Assembly (NCBI GenBank): GCA_052327205.1
Contig: CM126202.1
Coordinates: 444,168,001 to 444,232,000 of the forward strand
Source of the DNA: Somniosus microcephalus
Lineage: Eukaryota
DNA length: 64,000 bases
Direction of reading: 5' to 3'
Positions 10,105 to 22,098 of the stretch are shown piece by piece. The notes under the pieces were generated by a model that was not told where the DNA came from, ran no database searches, and worked only from the letters and a program-made list of their open reading frames with translations. The first letter of the stretch is position 1, and the number at the start of each line of letters is the position of its first letter. The position numbers and the translations under genes are program-made.

Positions 10105-12568
10105 GTTTTGATGAGATCCCCTCTCAATCTTCTAAACTCCAGTGAGTATAAGCCCAATCGATACAATCTCTCCTCATACGTCATTCCTGCTATCCCAGGT
10201 ATCAGCCTGGTGAATCTTCGCTGCACTCCCTCCATGGCAAGAACGTCCTTCCTCAGGTAAGGTGACCAAAACTGCACACAATACTCAAGGTGCGGTCTCA
10301 CCAAGGCCCTGTACAACTGCAGCAAGACATCCTTGTTCTTGTACTCGAACCCTCTTGCTACGAAGACCAACATACCATTTGCCTTCTTAACCGCCTGCTG
10401 CACCTGCATGCTTACCTTCAGCGACTGGTGCACAATAACACCCAGGTCTCTTTGCACTTCCCCTTCTCCCAATCTATTGCCATTCAAATAATAATCTGCC
10501 TTCCTGTTTTTGCCACCAAAGTGGATAACCTCACATTTATCCACATTATAGTGCATTTGCCATGTTTCTGCCCAATCACCCAACCTGTCCAAATCGTACT
10601 GGAGTTTCACGACATCCTCCTCACAGCTTACCCTCCCACCCAGCTTTGTGTCGTCTGCAAATTTGGAGATATTACATTCAATTCCCTCGTCCAGATCATT
10701 AATATATATTGTGAACAGCTGGGGTCCTAGGACCGATCCTTGCGGTACCCCACTAGTCACTGCCTGCCACTCGGAAAACAACCCGTTTATTCCAACTCTT
10801 TGCTTTCTGTCCGCCAACCAGTTCTCTATCCAAGTCAATACCTTGCCCCCAATCCCGTGTGCCTTAATTTTGCACACTAATCTCTTATGTGGGACCTTAT
10901 CGAAAGCCTTCTGAAAGTCCAAATACACCACATCCACTGGTTCTCCCTTATCTATTTTACCAGTTACATCCTCAAAAAATTTCAGCAGATTAGTCAAGCA
11001 TGATTTACCTTTTGTAAATCCATGTTGACTTTGTCCGATCCTGTCACTGCTTTCCAAGTGCTCTGCTATTACATCTTTTATAATAGACTCCAGCATTTTC
11101 CCCACTACCGATGTCAGGCTTACCGGTCTATAATTCGCCGCTTTTTCTCTACCACCTTTTTTGAATAGTGGGGTAACATTAGCTACCCTCCAATCCATGG
11201 GTACCGTTCCAGAGTCTATCGAGTTCTGGGAGATGACCAGCAATGCATCTACTATCTCGAGGGCCACTTCCTTAAGTACCCTGGGATGTAGACCATCAGG
11301 CCCTGGGGATTTATCGGCCTTGAGTCCCATCAATTTTCCTAACACCATTTCCCTACAAATACTGATTTCTTTCAGTTCCTCCCTTTCATCAGACCCTATG
11401 TTCCCCGACATCTCTGGGAGGTTATTTGTGTCCTCCTTTGTGAAGACAGAACCAAAGTATGTAGTTAGTTGGTCTGCCATTTCCTTGTTTCCCATTATAA
11501 ATTCCCCTGATTCTGACTGTAAGGGACCTACGCTTGACTTCACCAATCTTTTTCTCTTCACATATCTATAAAAGCTTTTACAGTCAGTTTTTATGTTCCT
11601 TGCAAGCTTACTCTCATATTCTATTTTCCCTTTCTTAATGAATCCCTTTGTCCTCCTTTGTTGAATCCTAAACTGCTCCCAATCCTCAGGATTATTGCTT
11701 TTTCTAGCCAATTTATATGTACTCTCCTTGGATCTTATGCTATCCCTAATTTCCCTTGTTAGCCATGGTTGAGTCACCTTTTTTGTTTTATTTTTATGCC
11801 AAACTGGGATGAACAAATTCTGTAGCTCATCCATTCGGTCTTTGAATGTTTGCCATTGCCTATCCACTGTCAACCCTTTGAGTGCCATTCCCCAATCAAT
11901 CCTACCCAACTAGCTCCTCAGACCATCGTAGTTTCCTTTATTTAAATTGAGGACCCTTGCCTCTGAGTCAACTACTTCATTCTCCATCTTCATGAAGAAT
12001 TCGATCATATTATGATCGCTCCGACCCAAGGGGCCTCGTACAACAAGATTGCTAATTAATTCTTTCTCGTTACATAATACCCAGTCTAAGATGGCCTGAT
12101 CTCTGGTTGGTTCCTCGACATATTGGTCCAGGAAACCATCCCATAAACACTCCAGGAATTCCTCCTCCACGGTATTGTTACTAATTTGGTTGGCCCAATC
12201 TATATGTAGATTAAAGTCACCCATGATGACTGCTGTGCCCTTATTGCACGCTTCTTTAATTTCCCTTTTAATGCCATCCCCAACCTCCGCCTTACTGTTT
12301 GGAGGTCTATATACCACTCCCACTAATGTTTTTTTCCCCTTAGTATTTCTCAATTCTACCCATACAGATTCCACGTCATCAGAGCTAATATCCTTCATTA
12401 CAATTGTATTAATCCCTTCTTTAACCAGTAATGCTACCCGACCTCCCTTTCCTTTTTGCCTATCTTTCCTGAATATCGAATACCCCTGGATGTTGAGTTC
12501 CCAGTCTTGGCCATCCTTGAGCCACGTTTCCGTAATCCCAACCAAATCATATCCGTTTACCTCTATTT
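10105..12568 (-). pseudogene. CR1 ORF2 (APE endonuclease + RT), 5'-truncated, one in-frame stop at 11910-11912
   Basis: VGITETWL, YRPP, MGDFN, SDH (APE); KSPGPDG, NYRPVSL, LDFQKAFD, GVPQGSVLGP, FADD (RT). The C-terminus is displaced to 4900-5187 by Gypsy A. Confidence 0.96.
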
Positions 12569-12786
12569 GAAAACTACTAGCACTTGGTCTAAGCGTTAAA
12601 CAAAGCTTTAATCAATTGTTTTACAACATGGAGGTCTAGTTGTGTCCTTCACTAGTTCCTGTTAAGAATGGCCTGCACAAGCTGGGCCCGTGCTCGAGTA
12701 TTTATACTCTCCCTGGACAGCGCCACCCGTAGGCTGCTCAGTATTATTTCATAAGTCTTTCTTTCATGAATGACTGATTCATGTCA
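12569..12786 (-). mobile_element. Solo LTR (about 230-bp family), left end clipped by the CR1 insertion
   Basis: Closely similar to 20750-20978; ends ...CATGTCA followed by GTGAT, whose duplicate lies at 4091-4095. Confidence 0.8.
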
Positions 12787-13115
12787 GTGATCTCATTGAA
12801 ACATACAAGATTCTGAGGGGGATTGACAGGGTAGATGCTGAGAGGTTGTTTCCCCTGGCTGGAGTGTCTAGAACTAAGGGGGCAGAGTCTCAGGATAAGG
12901 GGTCGGCCATTTTAGACCAAGAAGAGGAGAAATTTCTTCACCCATCGGGTTGTGAATCTTTGGAATTCTCCGTCCCAGAGGGCTGTGAATGCTGAGTTTT
13001 TGAGTATATTCAAGACTGAGATTGATAGATTTTTGGACTCTAGGGGAATCAAGGGATATGGGGATCGGGCAGGAAAGTGAAGTTGAGGTCGATGATTAGC
13101 CATGATCTTATTGTA

Positions 13116-13987
13116 AGAAGTCACACAACACCAGGTTATAGTCCAACAGTTTTATTTGAAATCAAAAGCTTTCGGAGCGCTGCTCCTTCGTCAGGTGAAG
13201 TGGAGAGATGCATAAAGACACAGATTATATAGTCAGAGAATAATGCCAGATGATTACAGGTAATCTTTCTAACTGCCATTTGTCGCACCTCGGCAGAGAG
13301 ATAATCACAGCGATCAAAGGTGTGAATGGTGTCCAAACAGGTCAGTCAGGAAAACATTACATCAAAGAACAATGAGGTGGGGTCACAAGGGGTCAAATGT
13401 TGCAGATGCTGGAGTCTGTATGAAAAACAAAAAACAGACCGAAAAACATTTTTTTTTGCTGGAAATCACAGCAGGTCTGGCCGCATTTGTGTAGAGAGAA
13501 CAAGCCAACGATGACTCGAGTCTGGGTGACCCTACATCAGGTGGGGTTACATGTAGCGTGACATGAAACCAAGATCGCGGTTGAGGCCGTCCTCATGAGT
13601 GCGGAACTTGGCTATCAGTTTCTGCTCGACGATTTTGCGTTGTCGTGTGTCTCGAAGGCCGCCTTGGAGAATGCTTACCCGAAGATCGGAGGCTGAATAT
13701 CCTTGATTGCTGAAGTGTTCCCCGACTGGGAGGGAACACTCCTGCCTGGCGATTGTTGCGCGGTGTCCGTTCATCCGTTGTCACAGTGTCTGCATGGTCT
13801 CGCCGATGTACCATGCTCCGGGGCATCCTTTCCTGCAACGTATGAGGTAGACAACGTTGGCCGAGTCACCTGACAAAGGAGCAGCGCTCCGAAAGCTTGT
13901 GATTTCAAATAAAACTGTTGGACTATAACCTGGTGTTGTGTGACTTCTCACATTTGTCCACCCCAGTCCAACTCCGGCATCTCCACA
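13116..13987 (-). mobile_element. Penelope-like element fragment (second family) with inverted pseudo-LTRs and GIY-YIG end
   Basis: NVVYLIRCRKGCPGAWYIGETMQTL...VGEHFS...EQKLIAKFRT..GLN (13547-13865); inverted repeats 13116-13198 / 13866-13948; 16-bp TSD CCATGATCTTATTGTA (13100-13115, 13988-14003). Confidence 0.9.
13162..13198 (-). ncRNA. Minimal hammerhead ribozyme motif, second family
   Basis: Minus strand reads TCAC-CTGACGA-A-GGAGC(AGC)GCTCC-GAAA-GC-TT-TTGA. The inverted partner at 13866-13902 has perfect stem I (TCAC/GTGA) but a core change (CTGACAA). Confidence 0.7.
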
Positions 13988-14384
13988 CCATGATCTTATT
14001 GTATGTTGGAGCAGGCCCGAGGGGCCGTATGGCCGACTCCTGCTCCTATTTCTTATGTACACTGTTTGGTCCTAGTTTCTCTTGACATTCATTCCCCTCC
14101 CCACCCACCACCACTGTTGCGTAAATCACATATTATTACTTCACAAATTCTTATAAAATATGTTTTCCTTGTATTGATTTTCATTGGAAGTGATTTGTGT
14201 GTTGGCGTTAAGGGTGCAAAAGTTCATCACTGGAAAAAAACCTCTTATATTCCATAGCTGAAGAAAATGCGGCAGGATGAGGAATAGAGGTTCTTCATTT
14301 AGAAACAGCTGACTGGATGGATGATTTGTGGACTTTTTTTTACACTGAATATACACTTTTTACGTTGAATGATCATATTCAGTG

Positions 14385-14855
14385 TCAGCCGTGCCTCAGT
14401 GGGTAGCACTCTCACCTCTGAGTCAGAAGGTTGTGGGCCCACAGTCTCACTCCAGGGACTTGAGCACGTAAACCTAGGCCGACACTCCAGTGCAGTACTG
14501 AGGGAGTGCTGCAGTGCCAGAGGTGCTGTCTTTTGGATGAGATGTTAAACCGAGGCCCCGTCTGCCCTCTCAGGTGGACATAAAAGATCCAATGCCACTA
14601 TTTCGAAGAAGAGCAGGGGATTTATCCCTGTTGCCCTGGCCAATATTTATCCCTCAACAAACATAACAGAAACAGATTATCTGGTCATTATCACATTGCC
14701 GTTTGTGGGAGCTTGCTGTGCGCAAATTGGCTGCCGCGTTTCCCACATTACAACAGTGACTCCCCATTTCAAAAAGTACTTCATTGACTGTAAAGCGCTT
14801 TGAGACGTCCGGTGGTCATGAAAGGCGCTATATAAATGCAAGTCTTTCTTTTCTT
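14385..14855 (+). mobile_element. tRNA-headed Deu-domain SINE (SacSINE1-like)
   Basis: Head GCCGTGCCTCAGTGGGTAGCAC; body GTTAAACCGAGGCCCCGTCTGCCC...GGGAGCTTGCTGTGCGCAAATTGGCTGCC; L2-like tail GGCGCTATATAAATGCAAG. Repeated several times in the window. Confidence 0.8.
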
Positions 14856-15041
14856 TATATCTTCGTGGATTCTCAAAGGAATCCATCACCCATCACAGAT
14901 GCAGAACTCTCACTATGAAATGGTGAACAAATTCTGTATTTCTATCTGAAAAAGCTTAGGTGTAGCCAAATTAGGAGAGATGCTGTGAAGATTGAAGGCA
15001 CTGGAATTAACTTAAATATCAATGTCAGTCTTAGTGGGTCT

Positions 15042-15623
15042 TAGCCGTGGCTCAATGTATAACACTCTTGCCTATGGGTCAGAAGGTTGTGAATTTAAGT
15101 ACCAATCCAGCGACTTGAGCACAAAATCAAGGCTGGCACTTTTGGTGCAGTGCTGAGGGAGGTGCTGCACTGTCAGAGGTGCCGTCTTTCAGATCACAAA
15201 ATCACAGAAACCCCACAGTGCAGATAGAGGCCATTTCGGCCCATCGAGCCTGCACTGACACATATCCCACCCTATCCCCATAACCCCACGTATTTAATCC
15301 CCCTAACACTAAGGGTCAATTTATCATAGCCAATCATCCTAACCCACACATCTTTGGACTGTGGGAGGAAACCGGAGCACCCAGAGGAAACCCACGCAAA
15401 CACAGGGAGAATGTGCAAACTCCACACAGACAGTCACCCGAGGCCGGATTTGAACCCAGGTCCCTGGCGCTGTGAAGCAACAGTGCTAACCACTATGCCA
15501 CTGTGCCTGGCCTGTTCTCTCGGGTGGACGTGAAAGATTCCATGGCACTATTCCAAGAAGAGCAGGGGAGTTCTCCCTGGTGTCCCGACCAATATTTAAC
15601 CTTCAACCAATACCAAAAAATAG
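15042..15623 (+). mobile_element. Deu-SINE copy interrupted by a V-SINE and truncated at a MITE
   Basis: Matches the 14385-14855 SINE over about 15042-15194 and 15508-15623. Confidence 0.65.
15200..15507 (-). mobile_element. V-SINE (HE1-like)
   Basis: V-domain GGGTTTCCTCTGGGTGCTCCGGTTTCCTCCCACAGTCCAAAGA on -, tRNA-like head (GGCACAGTGGCATAGTGG...GGTTCAAATCC), CR1-like 3' tail. Confidence 0.85.
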
Positions 15624-15626
15624 ATT

Positions 15627-16380
15627 GGCCCAGAAATTCGGGTCGGAGGCTTCCCGCGGGTGCAAGCCCCCGACCTGCACTTACCTAGCGCGCCGGCCGT
15701 TGTGTTGTGGGCCCGCGTGGGATTCCGATCCTGGGCCTTCTCCAGCTGCCGGCGCGCAGTGCTTGTGTATCCCAGGGGCGCAGTTAGTTCGAAGCGTCCC
15801 CTGGGATCACGTGGGCCATGGAGAGCCAATGGTAGCAGGGAATCCCCATTCATAAATTTGACAGGAAGACCTGTCAAATCTATGAATAGAGATCGGCCCC
15901 AAAACCTAATAAAACTTCAAATAATTTTTTTTTTATCACATTTTTAAAATAACTATAAATTACATGAAATAACTATTTTAAACAATAATTTACATTTTTG
16001 CAAAAAATAATTACAGTTTTTAAAAGGGCTAAAAATAAACTTACCTTTCTTTAAAGTATTTAAAAATAATAAACCTGTGGAAAAAATGTTTTAATTTTAC
16101 TTAATTCACCACTTACCTTGTTAAAAGCAGGCCTTGCGCCTACTTTTTAAACGCGCAGCTGCTGGAGACTTACCCTCCCGGAGAAACCTGTAAAAAAAAA
16201 ACAGAAGTTCCAGGCGTACGCGCTGCCTCTCCGGCACACGCGTTCGACCTGTGAACCCCTTCCTTTAAGGGAACGGAATTTCCGGTTTCCTGCGCATGCG
16301 CAGTGTGTGCTTGAAACCGGCACTTTCGTTGGGCCTGCGGGTGAGTACCCCGTGCGTACTCACCCGTGGAGACCCGAATT
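15627..16380 (-). mobile_element. About 750-bp Harbinger-type MITE, inner TIR truncated
   Basis: Starts ATT|GGCCCAGAAATTCGGG; reverse complement of 16381-17142 and 51246-51997. Confidence 0.85.
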
Positions 16381-17142
16381 GGCCCAGAAATTCGGGTCCC
16401 AACGCGTGAGTAAGCACAGAGTACTCACGCGTGGACCCGATGGAAGTGCCGGTTTCTTGCATGTACTACGCATGCGCGGGAAACCAGCATTTACGATCCT
16501 CTGAACGAAGGGGTTCAGAGGTCGAACGTGTGCGTGCGGGAGTCTGCGCGTGCGCGTTGAAATTCCTTTTTTTTTTACAGGTTTTTCCATGCGTGAAGGC
16601 CTCTACATTTTACACATTTAAAAACCAGGCATAAGGACTTCATTTTAAAAGGTAAGTGGTCAATTAATTAAAATTAGAATTTTTTTTCCACAGGTTTGTT
16701 ATTTTTAAATACTTTAAAGTAAGGTAAGTTTATTTTTAGCCCCGTTTTTTTATAAAATTATATTTTTCAAAAATTTAAATTATTGCTTAAAATAGTTATT
16801 TAATGTTATTTATAGTTTATTAAAAAAGTGTGATTTTTAAAATATTTATTTGAAGGGTAAGTACTGTTTGGGGGCCGGAGTTTTCATTAGTTTGACAGTT
16901 CTTTCTGTCAATCTCATGAATGGGCTTTTCCCTCCTCCGATTGGCTGCCCATGGCTCACGTGATCCCAGTGGACGCATCGCACTAACTACGCCGCTGGAT
17001 CACGCAGCACAGCGCGCCGGGAGCTGGACCGGGCCACAGGGAGGAAATCCACGCAGGCCCAGGCCTCAACTGCCGGCGCGCTAGGTAAGTGTAGGTCGGG
17101 GGCTTGCACCCGCGGGAAGCCCCCGACACGAATTTCTGGGCC
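16381..17142 (+). mobile_element. About 750-bp Harbinger-type MITE
   Basis: TIR GGCCCAGAAATTCG / CGAATTTCTGGGCC with ATT on both sides; GC-rich ends, AT-rich middle. Confidence 0.9.
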
Positions 17143-18141
17143 ATTAACCAAAGCTGTAGAGAGGGCTGTAGTACTAGAAACCATTCAAAGGATGTTTAGC
17201 TTCACGTATTCGGAAATATATATAAAATGAACATGTAGCATTTTGGTAGCTGCGAAGCATGATGGGATACTTGGCCATCATATTAACCCTCTTTAATTAA
17301 GTACTGTAGAAATAACATATTTACTAGACTCTTAGCCTCTGTCTTTGTTGTTATCAGTGTTACAGAAGCAGTGTTTAATGCAGCTGGCCTTCTGAGAGAT
17401 AAGGGGAACTGAACTTCATAGGGAGTCGGCCATTTCTATCTCTGCCTCAAACACCTTATCTTCCTTTGTAATGTCTGTTCGCAACCAAAAGCGGACATTG
17501 TTTATCATCTCAAGAATTAAGCGACTTTGCTCACTTCAGGGCGGCTCCCGACATTGAGTGACTAATCATGCCAACCAATAAGGGAGTGACGGTAGTGACG
17601 CTGTTTGTATGTGTACGCCTACTTTTGCAACTTAATGGGCATTACCTATCGAAAGGTATATCAAGGCTTGTAGATTGTATTTCGTTGGGAGGAAAGGTTC
17701 GATTCTGGGGAAATCAGCCTCTCTCCCTTGTGCACAAGCTTTCTAGCTATTTACTAATAAAACCTTTACTTTGTCAGCAGTTCTGTCTCCGTGTGGTTTG
17801 GCTCCAAAAATTCGAATCTAACAGGGTCACTCCAGATTCTCCCATGCAAGTTCCGGTGAGCGCGATACCGTGCCGGGAATCTTGCCATGCGCAACTCGCC
17901 CTTACAGCCATAGAAATTTTACACAGTAGTGAAATTGAAGTCCACCTCATATTGTAGCGTCACTACAAAATCACTGCGGCGTGAGTGACATAAAACAATT
18001 GCGGGTGCACGCCATGAGGAAGTGCCATCTTCAGTTCTGTTACCAACCTTTTGTAAGACGGGGAAGTATATCCATCAGGATAAAGCAGGCAGGAGACTGT
18101 GTCAAAGCAATGACATATCTCGGGGCTTATAACATAAGCCA

Positions 18142-18862
18142 CGGGTATGGTAGCATAGTGGTTATGTTACTAGGCTAATAAGCCAAAGGCCTGGACTAAT
18201 AATCTAGTGGTTCAAATCCCACTGTAGCAGCTTGGAGAATTGAAGTTCAGTTAAATTCCATAAAAAGCTAGTGTCAGTAATGGTGAACCAGGAAACTTTA
18301 GTTTAATTGGAGGTTAAATATCCGGAATGCTCTATCCACTGGCAAAATTCAGGAGTCGGTTCAGATCATTTTTTTTACTTTTCGTTGCTTTTTTTCTCCA
18401 GTCCTGGCTCTGCAAGCGTCTAGCTGAAGCTGTTGCTTAGCTACAGAGACGCTTGCAAGCTGCGCCGACTGTTTTGAAGCTGTTGCTAAGCAACAGGGTT
18501 TGTTGCTTCAGACGGAGCTCAGAAGATCCGTATGTTTTAACATTAGCGCTCGTTTTTCCAGCAATGTTGATCGACCGGCACCAACTCGGTCCCGTCAGTG
18601 CCGGATACCAGAAAGTTTCCTGTACTGTGATTGTTGTAAAATCCAACTGGATCACTAATGTCCTTTAGGGAAGGAAATCTGCTGTTCTTACCTGGTCTGG
18701 CCTAAATATGACTCCAGACCCACAGCAATGTGATTGATTCTGAAATGGCCACCAGCAGTTGTATAAGGCGGCTCACCACCACCTTCTCAAGGGCAATTAG
18801 GGATGGGCAATAAATGCTGGCCTTGCCAGCACCGCCCACATCCAATGAATAAATGTAAAAAA
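18142..18862 (+). mobile_element. tRNA-headed SINE (third family) with an internal MITE-like insert at about 18300-18625
   Basis: Head GGTAGCATAGTGG...GGTTCAAATCCC; tail GGCTCACCACCACCTTCTCAAG...GGGCAATAAATGCTGG shared with the LINE-like end at 30911-31140. The insert end resembles 55260-55605. Confidence 0.6.
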
Positions 18863-18954
18863 ATTAAAATTTGCAATCACTGTTGATGGTATCATCTGAA
18901 CCAATCATAGATGCTCCTATTGTTTTATTCTATTTGTACTGTTAAAGAAAAGAA

Positions 18955-19360
18955 ATACTTGCAGTTATAGAGCACCTCTCAAGACCTCAGGATTGCCTCA
19001 AGCACTTTACAGCCAATTAAGTACTTTTTTTTTTGAAGTGCAGTCACTGTTGTAATATAGGAAATGCAGCAGCCAATTTGCGCACAGCAAGCTCCCACAA
19101 ACAGCAATGAAATAAATGACCAGATCATCTGTTTTTCAGTGACGTTGGTTGAGGGATAAATATTGCGCCGTGCTCTCCTACTCTTCTTCAAATAATGCCG
19201 TGAGATATTTTATGTCCACCTGAGAGAGCAGACAGTGCCTCAGTTTAATGTCTCATCTGAAAGACGGCACCTCCGACAGTGCAGCACTCCCTCAGCACCG
19301 CACTGGGAGTGTCAGCCTAGGTTATGTGCTCAAGTCTCTGGAGCTGGAACTGAACCCACA
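18955..19360 (-). mobile_element. Deu-SINE copy
   Basis: Reverse complement of the 14385-14855 family. Confidence 0.75.
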
Positions 19361-19379
19361 CCCTGCATTTGCGCAGGAA

Positions 19380-19715
19380 AGATGTACGGAGAGAAAGACA
19401 TGTGCAAAAGGCAAGACAGAAGTTACGTGAGTGTCATACAGAAAGAGCAAGAGACATAAAGAAGAGAGGAGACAAAAGCAAGGAAAGTCTAAAATATAAA
19501 GGGAAAGACTGCGGAAAACAAGTTGTAGGCAAGCCCAGAGATTCAGAAATGACAACGACAGAAAGTGTGTGAGAGTCATCCAAAAGAAGAGGGAGAGAGA
19601 GAAAGACGGAAAGAGAGAAAGAAGTGAGAGAATGAGAGTGGGAGACAGAAACAGGGGAAGGCAAACACAAGACAGAGAGATGAAGATAGAAAGAATCACG
19701 GAGTGGGAGTCAAGC
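19380..19715. repeat. GA-rich low-complexity tract
   Basis: Purine-biased degenerate (GA)n/(GAAA)n sequence. Confidence 0.6.
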
Positions 19716-20594
19716 GGAAAGACCGTTGTGGGAATAGACTTTTATATTAAAAAAATGTCCATGTACAATGTCAGGAAAGATAAACTGGTGATTTAAAAAT
19801 ATATAAAGATATCCACGCTAATCTCAATTCCCGCAGAATGAATGTGATGTGTTTGGTCAGTCTCAGTATCCGAGGTGATGGACACAGGTTGGCAGGAAAA
19901 CATAAATCCTGATTCTGCACCAATAAGTAAGAATTCGGCAGTTTTATCACAACTGGAGTTTTAATAGAAAATCAAGCAAATAAGGCTGACCTGATGGTGA
20001 AATGTGATTTTTCTTATAGGGGAGGGCAAGGTTATTATACATTAGCATTTTTCATAACGTAGGATGTGGTCGAGTTGCAGAACAATTTTGGTGAAAATCC
20101 GATAAATACCCAGAAAAGCCATCCCAAAATGATAAGTACATACTTATACTGGAATATTTAGAAGAGAATAAATTTATCTCATTAGTGAATGCTGTCAGCC
20201 ATGTGACATAATTACCTTAGATCTGCCTATGATGGGCATTTTCCCTGACAATTTAACATCCTTAAGAAGGTTCTGTACTTTAACTTCACCTTATATGTTC
20301 CCGTGTTCATAGATGTGACAGCAATGAGCAAAAGCTTTTTTCTTTTAATTCTCCTAATGTTTATCTCTCTATGTTTAAATGGACCAGACATGTTTTCATT
20401 TAATAACCTCAATGGAACATTAGGTTTTCGAAATGTATGGGTTAATCAATGACAGCCAGCAGAGATTTGTTCATTAGAAGCGAATGAGCACAACAGGAGC
20501 AATGGGGAAAGAGCAGGAGAGCGGGATTAATTGAAGAGCTTTATCAAAGAGCCGGCACAGGCACGATGGGCCAAATGGCCTCCTCCTTCATAAA

Positions 20595-21290
20595 TTATGA
20601 AGACAGGTTACATAGGCTAGGCTTATATTCCCTTGAATATAGAAGATTAAGGGATGATCTAAATTGAAGTGTTTAAGATGATCAAAGGATTTGATAAGGT
20701 GGATCAAGAGAAACTACTTCCTCTCTTCAGGTGAGTCCAGAACAAGGGGTGACGTAAGAAAACTATTAGGCACTTGGTCTAAGTATTAAACAAGGCTTTA
20801 ATCAACTGTTTTACAACATGGAGATCTAGTTGTGTCCTTCACTAGTTCCTGTTAAAGAATGTCCTGAGCAAGCTGGGCCCATGCCCGAGTATTTATACTC
20901 TCCCTAGACAGCACCACCAGCAGGCCGCCCAGTATTACTTCATAAGTCATTTCCACATGAATGACAAGATTCATGTCAGGGGGCATAACCTTAAAATTAG
21001 AGCCAGGCCGTTGATGTCAGGAAGCACTTCTCCACACAAAGGCTGGTGGAAATCTGGAACTCTCTTCCCCAAAATGCTGTTGAGGCTGAGGGGGGACAAT
21101 TGCAAATTTCAAAACTGAGATTGACAGATTTTTGTTCGACAAGGGTATTAAAGGTTACGGAACCAAGGCGGGTAGATGGAGTTAAGATACAGACCAGCCA
21201 TGATCTCATTGAATGGTGGAACCGGCTCGAGGGGCTGAATGGCCTCCTCCTGCACCTTAGTTCTGTGCTGTAAAATTCAATGATTCCATG
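20595..21290 (+). mobile_element. Degenerate CR1 3' fragment carrying a solo LTR
   Basis: CR1 ORF2 C-terminal DNA and 3' UTR (CAGCCATGATCTCATTGAATGG). Confidence 0.8.
20750..20978 (-). mobile_element. Solo LTR
   Basis: TGAC...GTCA termini; flanks AGGGG/GGGGG; TATAAATA and ATTAAA on -; interrupts CR1 cleanly at TCCAGAACAAGGGG|GCATAAC. Confidence 0.85.
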
Positions 21291-21765
21291 CCACAGTTAG
21301 GTTAATGTAAGATTATAAAAGATCAATGAAGATTCGAAGAAAGGGGTACTTGACTGGAAATAAGCAACATTTGGTGTGATAATTGGGGATTTGGCTCCAA
21401 GATGCTATATAAATACAATGTCTTCTTGTTGTTGTCATCGCAGAGTGTAAAACAAAAAAGAAACTGAGACAAACTTCAGTTTCAACATTTACTTCCACCT
21501 CTTCTCAGCAACCTCTTCAGAGGAGATGTAGAGCAGGAGGCTAGCCTTTGTTTGTATGACATATTCTTCGGGACAATCTTATACCTGTGTGTGATGTCTC
21601 TTTGGACAGATAAATTACTTTTCCTTGTGCCCATACATTCCAGTTAAAGGATGGACACTCTAATGTTTTCACTTTAAATGCATTTTAGAAGGTTAATTTT
21701 TGCATATTTTAAAAAAATTGTTTGTTAGTTGGCGCAACTGTGCACGCACACATTTTAGCGGTAAT

Positions 21766-22098
21766 CATAGAATCATAGAAATTTACGGCACAGAAGGAGG
21801 CCATTCAGCCTATTGTGTCTGTGACGGCCGAAAAAGAGCTACCCAGCCTAATCCCACTCTCCAGCTCTTGTGGGTTACAGCACTTCAGGTGCATATCCAA
21901 GTACTTTTTAAATGTGATGAGGGTTTCTGCCTCTACCACCCTTTCAGGCAGTGAGTTCCAGACCCCCACCACCCTCTGGGTGAAAAAGTTCTCCTCAACT
22001 CCCCTCTAATCCTTCTAGCAATCACTTTAAATCTATGCCCCCTGGTTATTGACCTCTCTGCCAAGGAAAATAGGTGCTTCCTATCCACTCTATCTAGG
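21766..22098 (-). mobile_element. CR1 3' fragment (continues at 27173-27368)
   Basis: Similar to 791-1245; ORF 27168..27383 VQFWSPHYRKDV...RGDLIEVYKIIRGL is its upstream part. Confidence 0.9.

Larger units (their letters stand above)
12787..14060 (+). mobile_element. Older CR1 3' fragment (begins at 4074-4095; split by Penelope insertion 13116-13987)
   Basis: GTTTAGAAGAATGAGAGGTGAT (4074-4095) joins GTGATCTCATTGAAACATACAAG (12787); the 3' UTR resumes at 13988. Confidence 0.85.

Noticed and set aside
10290-12570. Plus-strand ORFs of 88-146 aa (and equivalents at 60399-61683 on -, 8723-9130, 23052-23459)
   Set aside because: Antisense shadows of CR1 or Gypsy coding frames, recurring in each copy.
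14385-14460. tRNA genes (also near 15440-15507, 18142, 37708, 63744)
   Set aside because: Only A/B-box-like heads attached to SINE bodies; no complete cloverleaf.
19322-19796. Hydrophobic and charged ORFs resembling membrane or basic proteins
   Set aside because: Products of a GA-rich low-complexity tract.
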